From contig MEDX01000011.1 of the NCBI GenBank assembly GCA_001724245.1, positions 59,124 through 79,123 on the forward strand: DNA of 20,000 nucleotides, in the 5' to 3' direction. How positions within the stretch are numbered: the stretch's first letter is position 1; the number at the start of each line of letters is the position of its first letter. Shown here piece after piece: positions 17,677 to 20,000 of this stretch. This DNA comes from Fonticula-like sp. SCN 57-25 (taxonomy: Eukaryota). Under the pieces are notes generated by a model. That model saw only the letters and a program-made list of their open reading frames with translations. It did no database searches and was not told the DNA's origin. Both the position numbers and the translations under genes were made by a program.

Positions 17677-20000
17677 CTAAAAGTCGTCCTCGTCGTCGTC
17701 GCCCGCTGCCCATTCCTCGGTGGCCCTGTGGAGCTCCTGAAGCCCCGTGACCTGCTCGAGGTACTTGGGGTCCTCAAGCGCCTGCCGCATGAACTCGAAC
17801 CCGCCCTCGCGGTACTTTTCGTGGACGACCGCGGAGCACGCGGTGCACTTGTCGTACGCGTGGCCGACCATGGGCTCGGACTTGAACATCGAGAGGAAGC
17901 CGCGGACCTGGTGCGGGATGATGCCGAGCGGGCAGCTCGCAGCGTTGTCGCGGCCAGTGTCGGCGGGCGCAGCAATGCCGTCAGCGTGTTGAAGCATCGA
18001 CACCATCAGCTCGACGCCGTGGCTCGCAGCGGCGAACGAGAGGCCGGGGCGCGTCACGGTGCACTGCTGGTCGAGCGTGCGGTCCGTCAGCGACTAGCGA
18101 CAGGCGTCAGTCATAGGAAAAGAGGTCAAAAAGGCGCACGTCCGACGGCGCCATGATGTCGTTGCAGTAGTAGCAGCCGAGACGAGGCGACTGGCCACCG
18201 TCGGGGCCCGCGCCGTGGCGCATCACAAGGTACGTGTCAAAGCCGAGCGCGCAGTTGATCATGATCTGCCCACGCGGTCAGCCAGAGCACATCTCACTTA
18301 CAATCATACCTTGTTCTTCATGCTGCAGAGGAGCGTCGGCAGCCAGCGCGACTCGCGCGAGTCCGTCAGCACGTAAACCGCGTCGTGCTCGTCCACGAGC
18401 GCCGCCAGACGCGCAATGTCGCGCTCGGTGGCAGCCGCGTCGTCCACGTGGTGGCCGGGCATCGGGATGGTAATGTCGTGGCCAACTGTCGTCTATTCCG
18501 ATGCCGAGTCAGCAAAAACTATCTACTGTTCGAAAAAAGCGCACCAGGCCAGGAAAGATGCGCTTGAGGGACGCGGCGGCCGCCTCCGCCTTGGGCTTGC
18601 CGCCGTCAATGCAATCTGCAAACTCAAAGAGCGACTGCCTGACCGGGTTGGAGTACGAGACGCGGCCGCTGTCGACAAAGGTGATGTGACGAACGCCCCA
18701 GCCGAGCAGCACGCGCGCCACGTTGCAGCCGAGCGTGCCGGCGCCAAAGAGGAGGCAGCGCGTGCTGGACACGCGCGCGAGGTCAAGCGACGGCATCAGG
18801 CGCCAGCGCATCAGCTTGAGGTTGAGGTCGATCGCGGTCGAAGCAAGGCTGCAGCAGTGGTCAGTGGGGAGCGCAAAGTGGGAAAGTGGCAGAAAAATAG
18901 GAAATGCAACAGAAAAGTAACAGTGAATGGAGCAAATGGAGCATAAAATGTAGCAAAAAGTAAAAATAGCGCACTGGGTAGGGTCCATGAGGGGCGCGAG
19001 GTCGAGCGACCTCGGCTGCAGCTTGTCGGCGTCGTTCTTCTCCCACCCCGTCACCTTTGGCATTGCGTCGCCCGACACGTCCTCGTGCGCATCCACATCA
19101 ATGACGAGCGACGCCGAGATGTCCCTCTTGCCGGCGACCTCGCGCAGGCAAACGACACGCACGCGCTTCACGCCGCACTGGCGCTGCAGCAGCACGAGCA
19201 GGTTGCGCAGGTGCCACGCGGGCGCCGTCGCGTTCCCCGACGGGTCAGCAAAGCCAACGGTAAACTCGCCCGACGAGGCGTCGCCAAACACGTCGCGCCA
19301 CGCGGCGAGCGGCGCCACCGACACGTCGTCGCCGCGCGCGCGGATGAGGAAGAAGGCTCGGTTGGACGCCGACACGGACTCGTCCGCGCGGTACGCCTCG
19401 AGCGCGGTGTACAGCGATGCCACCTGCGCCTCGCTGTACGCCTCCCGGATGAGCGACTGCGCGGCCACCGTGTACGGCTTTTGCTGAATGAACGACGGGA
19501 ACGCGAAAAAGTACACGTAGCGGTACTTTTTCAGGTCTGCAAAGGTCACCAGGAGGAAGCGCGTGAGCAGCCACGGATCGCGCAGCGCAGCGCCGCTCTT
19601 GATGTCCTCCCAGAGAGCAAGGCCGGCCTCATTCAGCTGGCCGGTCCAGTTCAGCTTGCGGAACTCTTCAAGCGTGTTGGTGTTCTTGACGGTGCCGCGC
19701 GACGGGTACTGGAAGGGGGGGAGCCTAAGACAGCCAAATGGTCAGCCAAAAGAGTCAGGTATTGGGCCATTTGGATGCGGGGGTAACAAGCTCAATAGGA
19801 AAAGGCATAGTAGGAAACACAACGCACTTGTTGGGGACGGCGGGATCGTCGAGGAGGTACCCGTGCGTCATGCACAGGCGCGCAGAGGCATCCCCCTGAG
19901 CTGCGCCGGCAGAGTAGAAGGCCTGCGCGGGATGCGGCGAGTCATCAAGCTTGAACTTGTCGATCTTGTGCTGGCCGAGCTCCACCCAAAAGGGCACCTC
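17677..20000 (-). CDS. ATG7: Autophagy E1-like activating enzyme ATG7 (5' end beyond the right edge)
   Basis: Exons >20000-19828, 19724-18975, 18848-18545, 18492-18310, 18265-18140, 18093-17677. Motifs [73 protein letters not shown], catalytic [18 protein letters not shown] and CTACS. Confidence 0.97.

Noticed and set aside
1..20000. A functional gene cluster for trafficking, peroxisome and autophagy, or a prokaryote-type defence or mobile system
   Set aside because: The genes are housekeeping genes from different pathways, as expected in any compact eukaryotic genome. I saw no transposase, integrase, terminal repeats, tRNA, rRNA or in-frame stop recoding.

Overview
A very compact, GC-rich eukaryotic genomic window holding 12 protein-coding genes and, by my manual splicing, 41 short spliceosomal introns (44-209 nt, most 45-60 nt). 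Left to right: a divergent BLOC-2 subunit HPS6-like gene (-, runs off the left edge), TMEM185 (+), an orphan low-complexity protein (-), GET4 (+), a stand-alone DUF4476-like mini-protein (-), RAD6/UBE2A (+), a TMEM198/DUF4203-family gene (-), PEX5 with a PEX7-binding motif (+), SIRT6 (-), SERAC1 (-), an intronless polyH/polyQ homeobox gene (+) and ATG7 (-, begins beyond the right edge). Genes sit mostly in head-to-head pairs, four of them with only about 90-160 bp between start codons. The gene mix suggests a unicellular opisthokont-like protist, which is an inference. I found no prokaryotic-type system, mobile element, CRISPR array, tRNA or rRNA. The strongest unexplained signals are: 5' splice sites that are almost all GTRCG (C at +4, never A); a recognisable HPS6 in an apparently non-animal genome; a PEX5 with a changed PTS1-binding pocket and a possible in-frame alternative donor; an Arg50 homeodomain; and a structured long PEX5 intron. 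All homology calls come from remembered family sequences, not database searches.
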